Of a DNA stretch of 64,000 nt, positions 34,540 to 48,619 are shown in pieces. Made by a program: the position numbers and the translations under genes. Position 1 is the stretch's first letter, and every line of letters begins with the position of its first letter. The stretch is from Mobula hypostoma (taxonomy: Eukaryota): contig NC_086107.1 in assembly GCF_963921235.1 (NCBI RefSeq), forward strand, positions 114,764,001-114,828,000, in the 5' to 3' direction. The notes beneath the pieces are model-generated. The model had not been told where the DNA came from. It searched no databases and saw only the letters and a program-made list of their open reading frames with translations.

Positions 34540-34990
34540 ATAAATTTTACAGATGTATGGTGAAGAGGATTCTGACTGGTTGTGTTGCTGCCTGGCAGGG
34601 ATACTTCAACGTACAGGATCATACACAGAGTCGACAGAGTCAGCTAGCTCCATCAGGGGCACAACCCTCCCCACCATCAAAGACATCTTCAAGAGGCAGT
34701 ACCTCAAGAAGGATCCTCACCATCTGCGACATGCGCTCTTCTCTACAATACCATCAGAAAGGAGGTACAGGAGCTTGAAGAAACACATGTGACTGTTTAG
34801 GGGCAGCTTCTTACTCTCCTCAATCCAATTTCTGAACAGTCCATGAACCCATGAACACTACCTTATTATTCCTCTTTTGCACAATCTTTTTATTGTAACC
34901 AACCCTGATATTTTTTTAATGTCTAGCACTGTACTGCTATTGCAAACCACAAATTTCATGAAGTCAGTGATAATAAACCAGATTCTGATA
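34540..34990 (+). mobile_element. Rex1/Babar 3' fragment
   Basis: FYRC....ILTGC..AW, HALFS.IPS.RRYRSLK and an aataaacc...gattctga tail. Confidence 0.75.
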
Positions 34991-34994
34991 GTGA

Positions 34995-37900
34995 AACTCA
35001 ACTGGATCCCCTGCAACTCCCCTACTGACACAACAAATGTTGCAATAGCTACAGCTGTATACACCATCCTTACACCTCTGGAGAAGAGGGATGTTTATGT
35101 GAGAATGCTGTTCTTGGACTACAGTTCAGCATTCAACACCATAATTCCCTCCAGGCTTGACAAGAAGCTCAGAGACCATATAAACCATATAACCATACAA
35201 CAATTACAGCACGGAAACAGGCCATCTCAGCCCTTCTAGTCTGTGCCGAACTCTTACTCTCACCTAGTCCCACCGACCTGCACTCAGCCCGCAACCCTCC
35301 ATTCCTTTCCTGTCCATATATCTATCCAATTTAACTTTAAATGACAACATCGAACCTGCCTCAACCACTTCTGCTGGAAGCTCGTTCCACACAGCTACCA
35401 CTCTCTGAGTAAAGAAGGTCCCCCTCATGTTACCCCTAAACTTTTGCCCTTTAACTCTCAACTCATGTCCTCTTGTTTGAATCTACCCCACTCTCAATGG
35501 AAAAAGCCTATCCATGTCAACTCTATCTATCCCCCTCATAATTTTAAATACCTCTATCAAGTCCCCCCTCAACCTTCTGCACTCCAAAGAATAAAGACCC
35601 AACTTGTTCAACCTTTCTCTGTAACTTAGGTGATAAAACCCAGGTAACATTCAAATAGATCTTCTCTGTACTCACTCTATTTTGTTGACATCTTTCCTAT
35701 AATTCAGTGACCAGAACTGTACACAATACTCCATATTTGGCCTTACCAATGCTTTGTACAATTTCAACATTACATCCCAACTCCTATACTCAATGCTCTG
35801 ATTTATAAAGGCCAGCATACCAAAAGCTTTCTTCACCACCCTATCCACATGAGATTCCACCTTCAGGGAACTATGCACCATTATTCCTAGATCCCTCTGT
35901 TCTACTGCATTCTTCAGTGCCCTACCATTTACCATGTATGTCCTATTTTGATTAGTCCCACCAAAATGTAGCACCTCGCATTTATCAGCATTAAACTCCA
36001 TCTGCCATCTTTCAGCTCACTCTTCTAACTGGCCTAAATCTCTCTACAAGCTTTGAAAACCTACTTCATTATTCACTACTCCACCTATCTTAGTATCATC
36101 TGCATACTTACTCATTCAATTTACCACCCCATCAACCAGATCATTAATGTATATGACAAACAACATTGGACCCAGCACAGATCCCTGAGGCACACCACTA
36201 GTCCCCGGCCTCCAATCTGACAAACAGTTATCCACCACTACTCTCTGGCATCTCCCATCCAGCCACTGCTGAATCCATTTTACTAGTTCAATATTAATAC
36301 CTAACAATTGAACCTTCCTAACTAACCTTCCGTGTGGAACCTTGTCAAAGGCCTTACTGAAGTCCATATAGACAACATCCACTGCTTTACCCTCGTCAAC
36401 TTTCCTAGTAACCTCTTCAAAAAGTTGATAAGATTTGTCAAACATGACCTTCCACGCACAAATCCATGTTGACTGTTCCTAATCAGGCCCTGTCTATCCA
36501 AATAATTATATGTACCATCTCTAAGAATACTTTCCATCAATTTACCCACCACTGACATCAAACTCACAGGCCGATGATTGCTAGGTTTACTCTTAGAACC
36601 CTTTTTAAACAATGGAACAACATGAGCAATATGCCAATCCTCCGGCACCATCCCCGTTTCTAATGACATTTGAAATATTTCTGTCAGAACCCCTGCTATT
36701 TCCACACTAACTTCCCTCAAGGTCCTAGGGAATATCCTGTCAGGACCCGTAGACTTATCCACTTTTATATTCCTTAAAAGCACCAGTACTTCCTCTTCTT
36801 TAGTCATCATAGTTTCCATAACTTCCCTACCTGTTTCCCTTATATTACACAATTCAATATCCTTCTTCTTAGTGAATACCGAAGAAAAGAAATTGTTCAG
36901 AATCTCCCCCATCTCTTTTGGCTCTACACATAGCTGTCCACTCTGATTCTTTAAGGGACCAATTTTATCCCTCACTATCATTTTGCTATTAATATAACCG
37001 TAGAAACCCTTGGGATTTATTTTCACCCTACTTGCCAAAGCAACCTCATATCTTCTTTTAGCTTTTCTAATTTCTTTCTTAAGATTCTTTTTACATTCTT
37101 TATATTCCTCGAGCACCTCATTTACTCCCTGCTGCCTATATTTATTGTAGTTATCTCTCTTTTTCCAAACCAAGTTTCCAATATCCCTTGAAAACTGTGG
37201 CTCTCTCAAACCTTTAACCTTTCCTTTCAATCTAACAGGAACATAAAGATTCTGTACCCTCAAAATTTCACCTTTAAATGACCTCCATTTCTCTATTACA
37301 TCCTTCCCATAAAACAAATTGTCCCAATCCACTCCTTCTAAATCCTTTCGCATCTCCTCAAAGTTAGCCTTTCTCCAATCAAAAATCTCAACCCTGGGTC
37401 CAGACCTACCTTTCTCCATAATTATATTGAAACTAATGGCATTGTGATCACTGGACCCGAAGTGCTCCCCAACACAAACCTCCGTCACCTGACCTATCTC
37501 ATTCCCTAAAAGGAGATCCAACACTGCCCCTTCTTAGTTGGTACCTCTATGTATTGCTGCAAAAAACAATCCTGCACACATTTTACAAACTCCAAACCAT
37601 CCAGCCCTTTTACAGTATGGGCTTCCCAGTCCATGTGTGGAAAATTAAAATCTCCCACAATCACAACCTTGTGCTTACTACAAATATCTGCTATCTACTT
37701 ACAATTTTGCTCCTCCAATTCTCTCTCCCCATTTAGTGGTCTATAATACACCCCAATAAGTGTAACTACACCTTTCCCATTCCTCAATTCCACCTAAATA
37801 GCCTCCCTAGATGAGCCCTCTAATCTATCCTGCCAGAGCACCGCTGTATATATTTTCTCTGACAAGCAATACAACACCTCCTCCTCTTGTCCCTCCGATT

Positions 37901-40275
37901 CTATCACACCTGAAGCAATTCAATCCAGGAATATTTAGTTGCCAATCACACCCCTCCTGTAACCATGTTTCACTAATAGCTACCACATCATACTTCCAGG
38001 TATCAATCCATGCTTTAAGCTCATCCACCTTTCTTATAACGCTCCTAGCATTAAAATAAATGCATTTAAGACATTTTTCACCTCTTACTCTCTGCTTATC
38101 ACTAACGGTGCAAACAACTTTACTGTTTTCTTTTTCTTCCTTCTCCCCTACATCTGTTCCTACACTCTGGTTCCCCTCCCCCTTTGTATCTAGTTTAAAT
38201 CCACTGGAGCCTCTCTAGCAAACCTAATTGCAAGAATATTTGTCCCCCTCCAGTTCAGATGTAAACCGTCCCGCTGGAACAGGTCCCACCTTCCCTGGAA
38301 AACTGCCCAATGATCTAAAAATCTGAAGCCCTCCCTCCAGCACCATGTCTTCAGCCACGTGTTGATCTGTGCTATCTTACTGTTTCCAAACCCACCTGCA
38401 CGTGGCACTGGTAGCAATCCTGAGATTGCTATCCTGGAGGTCCTGTCCTTTAACTTGGTGCCTAACTCCCAAAACTCACCTTTCAGGACCTCCTCACTCC
38501 TCCTACCCACGTCATTGGTCCCTACATGGACCATGATATCCGGCTGTTCACCCTCCCTCTTCAGAATACCTTGAACTCGATCTGATATCACAGACCTTGG
38601 CACCACGGAGGCAACAGACCATCCGGGATTCTCAATCTCTTCCACAGAACCTCTTATCTGTCCCCCTAACTATCGAATCCCCTATCACTACCGCTCTCCT
38701 CTTTTCCCTCCTTCCCTTCTGAGCTGAAGGTCCCATCTCAGTGCCAGAAACGTAACCACTGCAACTTGTCCCTGGTAGCTTGTCGCCATCAACAGTGTCC
38801 AAAACGATGTACTTACTATTGGTGGGAACGGCCACAGGGGTGCTCTGCTCATTCTGTCTATTCCCCTTCCCTCTCCTGACAGTCACCCAGCTACCTGTCT
38901 CCTGACTCTTAGGGGTGACTATCTCCCTGTAACTCCTGTTTATTTCTGCCTCTTCCTCACGAATGATCCTAAGTTCATCCAGCTCCAGCTCCAGTTCCCT
39001 AAATCGGTTTGTCAGGAGCTGCAGCTGGATGCACCTTTCACAGGTGTAGTCATCAGGGACGATTGTGCTCACCCTGACTTCCCACATACTGCAAACAGAG
39101 CTCTCAACTGTCCTAACTGCTCCCTCCATTACCTACTCTTAAGGTAATTAGATTTATTAAAGGAACTTACCTGGCCTTACCTCACTTGGAGTGAAGCTGG
39201 TCCTCAGCCTCTGCTCGCCGAGGCCTCTAGCGCCAAAGCCTTCCTACTCTGTCTCCCACTACTCCTCTGCCTTGTGTAGCTGGATCCTGGACTTGCTGGC
39301 AGGTGGTAAGAGTGGGCTCCCTCACCTCTGCCTCCCTACACAGGAGCCCCTCAGGTCTGTGTACTAAGCCCCCTCCTTTAATCTCTGTATACCCATGACT
39401 GTGTCACCACCCATAGCTCCAATCTGCTAATTAAATTTGCTGATGACACTACACTGATTGGCCTAATTTCAAATAATAATGAGGCAGCCTACAGAGAGGA
39501 AGTCATCACGCTGACACAGTGGTGTCAAGAAAACAACCTCTCCCTCAATGTCGCAAAAACAAAGGAGCTGGTTGTGGACTACAGAAGGAATGGAGACAGG
39601 CTAGCCCCTATTGACATCAATGGATCTGGGGTTGAGAGGATGAACGGCTTTAAGTTCCTCTGCATAAATATCACTGAGAATCTCACGTGGTCTGTACGTA
39701 CTGGCTGTGTGGTGTAAAAGGCACAACAGTGCCTCTTTCACCTCAGACAGTTGAAGAAGATTGGTATGGGCCCCGAAGTTCTAAGAACTTTCTATTGAGG
39801 CACAATCGAAAACATCCTGACTGGCTGTATCACTGCCTGGTACGGGAACTGTACTTCCCTCAAACACAGGACTCTGAAAAGAGTGGTGCAGACAGCCCAG
39901 TGTATCTGCAGATGTGAACTTCCACTACTCAGGACATTTACAAAGACAGGTGTGTAAAAAGGGCCTGAAGGATCACTGGGGACCCGAGTCACCTCAACCA
40001 CAAACTATTCCAGTTGCTACTATCTGGGAAATGGTACTGCAGCATAAAAGCCAGGACCAACAGGCCATCAAACTGCTTAATTCATGCTGACACTACTGAA
40101 TTTCTATGTTATATTGACTGTTCACATTTAACCACCCCGTTACTGCCCTGTTGTACATACTGCAGGTATTTATTATTAATTGCTACAAAATTGCACATTG
40201 CACATTTAGACAGAGACGTGACATAAATATTTTTACTATACAAAGGATGTCAGTAATAAAGTCAATTCAATTCAA
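34995..40275 (+). mobile_element. Rex1/Babar LINE split by a near-full-length CR1
   Basis: [15 protein letters not shown] at about 35100. Continues at about 39267 (CSWILD...KFADD) to an aattcaattcaa tail. Confidence 0.8.
35178..39266 (-). mobile_element. Near-full-length CR1 LINE with ORF1 (zinc finger/coiled coil plus SGNH esterase) and ORF2
   Basis: ORF1: C..C...YTCERC, VVIGDSIVRG, HVGTND, DGLHLN. ORF2: APE (ISETW, GSSDHN) and RT. A few frameshifts and stops. Confidence 0.92.
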
Positions 40276-40389
40276 CTTTTGACAAATCCCCTAGTTGGGG
40301 ATTCATTGTACAACCCTAAAACAAACCATTCCCTAAACAGTTGCATGTGTGTCTTCGAGCTTAGGACACTAAAGTTGTGAACAGACAAC

Positions 40390-40930
40390 TTTTTTAGGCC
40401 ACATCTGGAGTATTACATACAGTTCTGGTCGTCCCACTATATGAAGGATGTTGAGTCCTTGGAGAGGGTGTAGAAGAGGTTTACCAGGATGCTGTCTGGT
40501 TTAGATCGCATGTGCTATCACAAGAAGCTGGAAAATCTTAGATTGTTTTCTCCAGAGTGTTGGAGGCTGAAAGGAGATCTAACAGAGGTTTACATTATTA
40601 TGAGAGGCAGAGGTAGACAGGGAGCATCTGTTTCCCAGGGTAGAAATATCTAATATCAGAAGGCATTCGTTGAAGGTGAGAGGGGGTAGGTTCAAGGGAG
40701 ATGTGAGAGTCATGGAACGTGCTGCCTGGTATGGTGGTAGAGGGAAATACATTAGAGGTTTTTAAGGAACATTTGGATAGGCAGATGGATTTAAAGAAAA
40801 TGGTGGGATATAAATGTGCTGTAGGTAGGAGGGATTAGTGTTTGGGTGTTTTTGATTTGCTGTTTAGCTGGTGCAGCACAAAACTCTGGGCCAAATGGCC
40901 TGCTCCTGTGCTGTACTCTTCTACGTTCTA
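40390..40930 (+). mobile_element. CR1 3' fragment
   Basis: RPHLEY..QFWSPHY.KDV..LERV motif, decayed. Confidence 0.75.
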
Positions 40931-41089
40931 TAATAAATTGTTTTTTTTACAAATGCCTCTAGTCAAGGATTCATTGTACAGTGTACTTGTGCTTAGGACT
41001 GCAAACGAGCATAGGGCAATTAACTGGATGTTTGACAATTCCCTCTATTTAAGGAATCATTGTATGTACTCGGATATTGGACAATATTA

Positions 41090-41390
41090 TCATAGTCGCT
41101 TTACAGCGACAGTGATCACTAACCAGGGTTCAATTCCTGCTGTTGTTTGTAAGGAGTTTATATATTCTTGCCATGAATGTGTGGGTTTGCTCCGATTTCC
41201 TCATGTTCCAAAGAGTTGTACGGTTAGCTGTGGGCATGCTATGTTAGCACCGGAAGCACAGCAACAATTGTTGTATGTCCCCAGCACGTTGCGAAACAAA
41301 AAATGACGATGCAAACAACGGATTTTGCTTTACGTTTTGATGTAGGCATCAGAAACAAAGTTCATACCTAAATTCTGATGTCTAAATTGA
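41090..41390 (+). mobile_element. Diverged V-SINE-like element
   Basis: gggttcaattcc B-box followed by gtaaggagttt...gtgggttt...ttccaaaga, a V-domain-like sequence. Confidence 0.5.
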
Positions 41391-41572
41391 ATAACCTTCT
41401 ACTGATAAATAGTGGAGACCATTCTGAGTGGCACGGATCACAAGAGACTGCAAAGGGTTAGATACATCGTGGCACAACCCTGTCTACCATCAAGGTCATT
41501 TTCAAAAAGTATTGTCTCAGGGAGGTGCCATCTATCATTAAGGACCCTCACAATCTGGGACATTCCCTCTTC

Positions 41573-41975
41573 TCTTTTCTTTTTCAATCTTTTTATTAGT
41601 TTCATAATGATAAACATACCATAATATTGATACAAAGTTGTTGGGATTACATTGTTATGATTAACATAGTTAAATATAAACTCATTTAACACATGGGTAT
41701 TAACCCTCCCAATCACACAGGATGCAAATGTAATAAACAAAAAAAAAGAAAAAAAATCATGAAAAAGGAGAAAAAAATATACCCCAAAAGAAAAACCAAG
41801 TTAAACAGTGTTAATCAACTAAACTACGAGAAAGAAAAACAGACATGGGCTGTTATATAACGTCAAAGAAAAAGGAACCATTAGTGTCGTCGACTCTGCT
41901 CCTCTCAACATATATTAAAAAGGAATAGAATAAGTTTGGAAAGGTCAAATTACATCACATGAAAATGTTGAATAA
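41573..41975 (-). mobile_element. L1-like LINE 3' end with 13-bp TSD, inserted in a Rex1 fragment
   Basis: TSD acattccctcttc at 41560-41572 and 41976-41988. Minus strand has an ORF end (FIQHFHVM*), AATAAA and an A-rich tail. Confidence 0.7.
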
Positions 41976-42176
41976 ACATTCCCTCTTCCCATAACTATCA
42001 TCAGGGAGGAGACCCACACTCAGCAACTCAGGAACAGGTTCTTCCCTTCCGCCATCAGATTTCTGTATGGTCCATGAACCCATGGATACAATTCCATGTT
42101 TCTGCCTTTGCAACGTTTATTGTAACTTAAGAGTCATTTTAATGTCTTTACACAAAACAACAAATTTCACGATTTA

Positions 42177-42709
42177 TACTCAGTGGCCATTTTATTAGGT
42201 ACACCTGCTCGTTAATGCAAGTATCTAATCAGCTAATCATGTGGCAGCAACTCAATGTATAAAAGCATGCAGACATGGTCTAGAGGTTCAGTTGTTGTTC
42301 AGAGCAAACATCAGAATGAGTAGGTTCCGAGGAAATAAGATCTAAGTGACTTTGACCGTGGACTGATTATTGGTGTCAGAGGGGGTGGTTTGAGTATCTC
42401 AGAAACTGCTTATCTCCGTGGATTTTCACACACAACTGTCTCTAGAGTTTACAGAGAATGGTGTGAAAAACAACAAAAAAAAATCGGTGAGTGGCAGTTC
42501 TGAAGGACAAAAAATGCTTTAATGAGAGAGATCAGAGGAGAATGGCTAGACTGGTAGAAGCTGACAGGAAGGTGACAGTAACTCAAACAACCATACATTA
42601 CAATAGTGATGTGCAGAAGAGCATCTCTGAATGCACAACATGTCCAACCTTGAAGCAGATGGGCTAACGCAGCAGGAGACCACGAACCTAAGAAAGTGAC
42701 CACTGGGTG
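42177..42709 (+). mobile_element. Internally deleted Tc1 transposon
   Basis: TIRs (t)actcagtggccattttattagg / cctaagaaagtgaccactgggtg with TA flanks. DLSDFDRG.IIG N-terminal remnant. Confidence 0.8.
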
Positions 42710-42919
42710 TATGTCAGTCATAATAAACCTGATTCGGAAACTCAGCTTTTGACAAATCCCACTAGTCAAGGATTTCAGAATCAGAATCAGGTTTATTATC
42801 ACCGACATGTGATGTGAAATTTGTTAACTTAGCAGCAGCAGTTTAATGCAATATATAATCTAGCAGAGAGAGAAAAAAATGATAAAACATAATAAACAAA
42901 CAAGTAAATCAATTACATT

Positions 42920-43235
42920 CGAGGGGTGATTGATAAGTTTGTGGCCTAAGGTAGGTGGTGATGAGTTATTAACTTCAAACTTTCTGCATAATCACTCAAA
43001 GAGTTGACCTGCATGTGCACGTATCGAGAGCTGTATAACTCATCTCCTTCTACCTTAGGCCACAAACTTATCAATCACCCATCTGTGGACACTTTCTGGA
43101 AGTCCAAGATCCCTATGCTCCACGACTGCTGGACTAAGTGTGTAAATGTAGGAGGGGACTATGTTGAAAAGTAAATGTGCTAGATTTTCTAAAACTCCTT
43201 CTACCTTAGGCCATGAACATATCAATCACCCCTCA
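42920..43235. mobile_element. Mariner-like MITE with an extra internal TIR copy
   Basis: cgaggggtgattgataagtttgtggcctaaggtag is inverted at about 43050-43080 and about 43200-43235. Confidence 0.7.
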
Positions 43236-43330
43236 TATATTGAATATATTTTTAAAAAATGTGCAAAAACAGAAATACAGTACATTAAAAAAGTCAGGTA
43301 GTGTCCACTTTTTAAAAAAAAAGTGAGGTA

Positions 43331-44192
43331 GACACAGTGGTTGGCCTGATCAGAGGGGATGACGAGACAGCCTACAGGGACGAGGTCCAACACCTGGCCG
43401 CGTGGTGTGCTGACAACAACCTGGCCCTTAACACCCAGAAAACCAAGGAGATCATTGTGGATTTCAGGCGTGCCAGGAGCCACACTCACTGCCCCATCTA
43501 CATCAACGGAGCTGTAGCGGAGCGTGTATCAAACTTCAAATTCCTTGGTGCCCACATTTCCGAGGGTATCACCTGGTCCCTGAATTTCTCCATCCTGATC
43601 AAAAAGGCGCAACAGTGCCTTTATTTCCTGCGGAGTATCAAGAAAGCTCACCTCTGTCCCAGGATACTGATGGTCTTTTACCGCTGTACCATTTGCAGCA
43701 TGCTCACCAACTGCATCTCAGTGTGGTATGGCAATTGTCCCATATCGGACCGCAAAGCACTCCAGCGTGTGGTGAAAACTGCCCAGCAGATTATCGGCAC
43801 CCAATTGCCCACCATCGAGAACACCTACCATAAACGCTGCCTGGGCAGGGTGAAAAGCATTATCAAGGATGCATCTCACCCTAACCATGGACTTTTTACT
43901 CTCCTCCCATCCGGTAGGCGCTACAGGAGCCTCCGCTCCTGCACCAGCAGGCACAGGAAGAGCTTCTTCCGTGAAGCTGTGATGCTGCTGAACCTCACGT
44001 CACAGCGCTAAGCAGTATTGCACCCATATTGTACTGTCTCAGTACTTTTATATTTGTGTGCTGTAGCACTTTTTATTCGCAGTTATCTTGTATATAACAC
44101 TATTCTTTGCATTTCTGCTTAGATGCTAACTGCATTTCATTGGCTTTGTATCTGTATTCGGCACAACGACAATAAAGTTGAATCTAATCTAA
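43331..44192 (+). mobile_element. 5'-truncated Rex1/Babar LINE with open 224-aa ORF
   Basis: ORF 43337-44011 (LALNTQKTKEIIVDFR, LLPSGRRYRS) and an aataaagttgaatctaatct tail. Confidence 0.85.
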
Positions 44193-45539
44193 AAGCTTCA
44201 TTGTCTATTTAGGAATCTGATGGCGGAGGGGAAGAAGCTGTTCCTGAATCGCTGAGTGTGTGCCTCCATGCTTCTGTATCTCCTACCTGATGGTAACAAT
44301 GAGAAAAGTGCATGCCTTGGGTGCTGGAGGTCCTTAATAATAATGCCTTTCTGAGACACTGCCTCCTAAAGATGTCCTGGTTACTTTGTAGGGTAGTGCC
44401 CAAGATGGAGCTGACTAGATTTACAACCCTCTGCAGCTTCTTTCGGTCCTGTGCAGTAGCCCCTCCATACCAGATAGTGATGCAGCCTGTCAGAATGCTC
44501 TCTACGGTACAACTATAGAAGTTTTTGAGTGTATTTGTTGATATGCCAAATCTCATCAAACTCTTAATGAAGTCTTACCTTCTTTATGACTATGTCAACA
44601 TGTTGGGACAAGGTTAGATCCTCAGAGATCTTGACGCCCAGGAACTTGAACGCTCACTCTCTCCACTTCTGATCCCTCTATGAGGATTGGTATGTGTTTC
44701 TTTGTCTTACCTTTCCTGAAGTCCACAATCAGCTCTTTTGTCTTACTGACGTTGAGTGCCAGGTTGTTGCTGCGACACCACTCCACTAGTCAGCTTATCT
44801 CACTCCTGTACGCCCCCTCGTCACTACCTGAGATTCTACTAACAATGGTTGTATCATCAGCAAATTTATAGATGGTAATTGAGGTATGCCTAGCCACATA
44901 GTCATTTGTATATAGAGAGTAAAGCAGTGGGCCAAGCACGCACCCCTGAGGTGTGCCGGTGTTGATTGTCAGCGAGGAGGATATGTTATCACCAATCCGC
45001 ACAGACTGTGGTCTTCCAGTTCGGAAATTGAGGATCCCATTGCAGAGGGAGGTACAGAGGCCCAGGTTCTGTAACTTCTCAGTCAGGATTGTGGGAATGA
45101 TGGTATTAAATGCTGAGCTATAGTTAATGAACAGCATCCTGATGTAGGAGTTTGTGTTGTCCGGGTGGTCTAAAGCCATGTGGAGAGCCATTGAGGTTGC
45201 GTCTGCCATTGACCTACTGTGGCCATAGGCAAATTGCAATGGGACCTGGTCCTCGCTGAGGCAGAAGATCAGTCTAGTCATGACCAACCTCTCAAAGCAT
45301 TTCATCATTTGTTGATGTGAGTGCTACCGGGTGACAGTCATTAAGGCAGCCCATATTTACTTTTGAGTATGGCAAAAAACATGTGCACAGGAAAATATAC
45401 CGGATTCTTGACAAATTTCTCTAATCAAGAATCTATTTCCTATATTTATACACAGGAAAAAAATGGGACTTTTGACAGGTATGGGAAACTAAACGTACAT
45501 AGAATAAGACAGTCAAACAGTGGACTACATTTCCCTGCC

Positions 45540-46230
45540 TGTTTCTCCGGTCGGCCAGCTCTCGCGAAACTAAACGCGAACTAGCGGAGAGGGGTGGCGC
45601 GAGGAAGAAGAAGAGGGGCGTGGTCAGAGCCCAGAGCGAGGCCGCAGCAACGGGCCGGCTCCGCCATTTTGTGGCCGTTCCCCCCCCCCTTCCCTCAGCG
45701 AGCTTTCTGGGTGCCGCCACCTCTTTCCCTTCCCCCGGGCGGGGACAAAAAAGCAGCGCGGGGCGCGGCGGACACGGATTGAGGGCGATCGCGGGTGGAT
45801 GGTGCCGGCAGAGTGGTCATTTTTGTGAAAGAAGGGAAGCCAGACCCAGGTAGGCCGGGGACCCACCCCCCACCTCTTCCTCCTCCTTCGACCGGCGATC
45901 CCTCCTCCTCTGCGCCTGAGCCGGGGGGTGGAGGGTGCCGTATGGCGGCAGGGGAGGATCGGGGGGGACAGATGGGCAAGCGGGCGAGCGGCCGCACCTC
46001 AGGGGGACGGGGGATGGACGCCGATTGCGCCGCGCCGCCATCTTCTTTTCACCCCCTCCTCCCTACTTCCCCGGGGTCCGCTGACGTCATTATGCCCCCC
46101 CTCCTGCTCCCGGGCTCCTGCACGTGGTGCACTAGGGAGCTCTTTGCAGCATCTCCCCCCCTTTTTTTCCTATTGCCCCCTTTCATTTTCCGTCCATAAA
46201 ATGAGCTGCAAGGATCTACAGGGTGGGTGA
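45540..46230. promoter_or_regulatory. CpG-island promoter / first exon of an unidentified gene (probably + strand)
   Basis: High GC and CpG. TCTCGCGA (about 45560), GC boxes, YY1-type CGCCATTTT (45662) and CGCCATCTT (about 46036), CRE TGACGTCA (46083-46090). Candidate donors cag|gtaggc (45850) and gg|gtgggt (46223). Confidence 0.75.
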
Positions 46231-48619
46231 TACTGTGCACGTTGCTGTATTTTTATTGTTTGTGTGTAATTTGCATGGTGGTCTCTTGAAGGGCATACAG
46301 CCTCTTTTATTTCCTGTAAATATTGAGACCTGCAGCTCTTCATCTTTGTAGCAAGGACGCAAACCCCGGTGAAATTCATTCGGGTTTTAATATTTGCAAT
46401 GCAAAGAATTCAGTACGGAGGGGGAAGTTTAAACTTTTGTGCACGCACGATTAGTTCTTGCTGTAGCGCGGAAATGTGGGGTGTCCGTAAGGGTTTTTAA
46501 AGTCTTTGCAAAAGAATGTCTGTGTTGTGGGCCAGTTTTGTTTTGCAAAAGGTTACTCGCGCTTTGGGTGAGTTGCTTTTGCAAAGGAACGGTTCACGTT
46601 TTCGATGAGGTTTGAGTGTAAGGTCAAGTGTGGGCATGGACTTCTTGCTCTAAAACATCTTTTAGTATGCTTTAAGTACCAAGTTTAGTAATAAAAAGAA
46701 ACTTCAGCTACCTGCACGCATACACTCCGTAAAAATTTAAAAAAAGAACAGGCCCCAGGAATGGGATTTTCGTGCGTGTTTTTAGCTTGTGTGCACAATT
46801 AAGTTAAAGCGAAAGTCTCCAAATCTTCATAAAATCTAATTGGCGTGGATTTTATGGGTGCAACTTGCACCTGCACTGAGTAAATTATTTCGTTTATCTT
46901 GGTGAATTTAAAACAGCCCGTTTTTAAAACTTGACCCGCTGGTGGTTTGTTCGGTTTTTGAAGTGGCATCAGATTTTCCTTTAAAATTGGCGGTTTTATC
47001 TGTTTTTGCAACTAAAACGCCAGGGGCCTGTCCAATCCTGCGATTGTATCTTTTAGTTGCATTTTGAGTTGTTCAGTCCTTCAGCCTCTTTTGCATTGAA
47101 AAATTCCAATTGAACATTTTCAGGTTTTGCCCACGATGTCCAAATCGTGCAATTGCTGTGGTCCCCACAGCAACACTCGGGGTCCTTCGCCCTTTACCCC
47201 GGACAAAATTTGAAATGTGCATGTTTCGCTCCGGAATCTGAGTTTACTGTAGAATTTGCACCGTTTTGTTCAGCTGTTAAACATTCTGAATTCCCGATGT
47301 GCGCTTTTCCCCTGCATTGAAGGTTTCGGTTGTAAGGTTTAATTGTTTTGCATTGGGTAGCGTCTATTGGACCTGATATTTGCATTGGTGTGTTCCCATT
47401 TTTTTCAAATTTAAGCTTGGTTGATTCAGGTTTTCAATCTGCAGTCTTCTGACATACTACATTTTAACGTGTAATCTGCAGTGTGCAAGTTTAACTTAAA
47501 AACCCTACAATATTTTTGCATGGTAAACTTTTATGGGGGGAAAAAAAACGCAGCGTTTTTAACTGCGGCTGCTCCCGTGCAGTTAAAATCTGCAGTGCCG
47601 CAGTTCTGGTGGGTTTGAAAGCTTGAGGTCCTTAACTGTGTTTCAATTGCTACGTTTTGCAAATAGCGCTAATTTAAAATTCAAGCCTTATCGCCCTGTA
47701 ACTACTTAAGGCGGGGGGGGGGCGGTTTTCTCGGCGTTTAGTGCATTTGTTCGACGGATATCGCAGTTGCTAAATGTGTCCCCTCGATGGCTTTGGGATC
47801 CTGACCCCGGCAACCTTTTCGCAAGTTTCATAAGCCTCGATTGCTGGGTTCCACCTTCCTGGTCGAGGGGAATGAAACACGCCTTGGCAGGGTGGGGGAG
47901 GGGTGGTAATTAAAAATCATAATTTTGCAATAGTCGGGACATGCACTCGTAATATCTTTTACATATCACACCCAAACCCCAGCCTTTCGCGTTCTCCCTT
48001 GTCTTTCCCCTAGCTTTATAAATGGTTTGAATCTCAATCTTTAGGCTACCCCTCCCTCCCTCACTCCCTCCCTCCGTCTTTTTCTCTCACGCACACATAC
48101 GGTTTTCGGTCAAAGTTCCCATTTTTCGAAAAGAAGCTGTATAAATCCCTGCTGCTTTTTTGCTCCCTTCCTTCCTTCCTTCTGGCATCGACATCCCTTT
48201 TCCGGTTCTCCCAAGGACCACTGCCTCAGGAAGAGCCTGCCCGAATTGACTGCAGTGTTGTCGGCTGCTTGCCCTGGTCAGTTTTCAGAGCGGCCTGGTT
48301 CCTCCCACAGATCCATTCATTTCAGCGGAGGCTTTAGCATATTCCCTTTGGTTGGGGGGGGGGTGATGGTCCCTCCTACTCCAAGTGTTTCCTTTTGTTT
48401 AAATCCACCCCCCTCCCCCGACTGCCCTCTCTCCTAATCTCTGCCAGAGCGGAGGATTTAAATCTGCCTATGTTTCTTTCATGTAAGAAAGTGCCCTCCT
48501 TATCTGTGTGTTGAATCTTAAAACAGTCAACCTTCCTTGGTGTTAGTCATTTGACCTTTGGCACAATTTGGGCCTGGTTGCTGTCTGGAGCTACGGGAGA
48601 AAGGGAGAATGACCGCCTC

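Larger units (their letters stand above)
42775..45355 (-). mobile_element. Rex1/Babar LINE carrying a nested MITE and a second Rex1 copy
   Basis: ORFs 44790-45308 ([21 protein letters not shown]) and 44209-44559. gattct-repeat tail at 42775. Confidence 0.85.

Noticed and set aside
45433..46240. Multiple overlapping ORFs in the CpG island
   Set aside because: Expected from stop-codon scarcity in GC-rich DNA. No recognisable domains.
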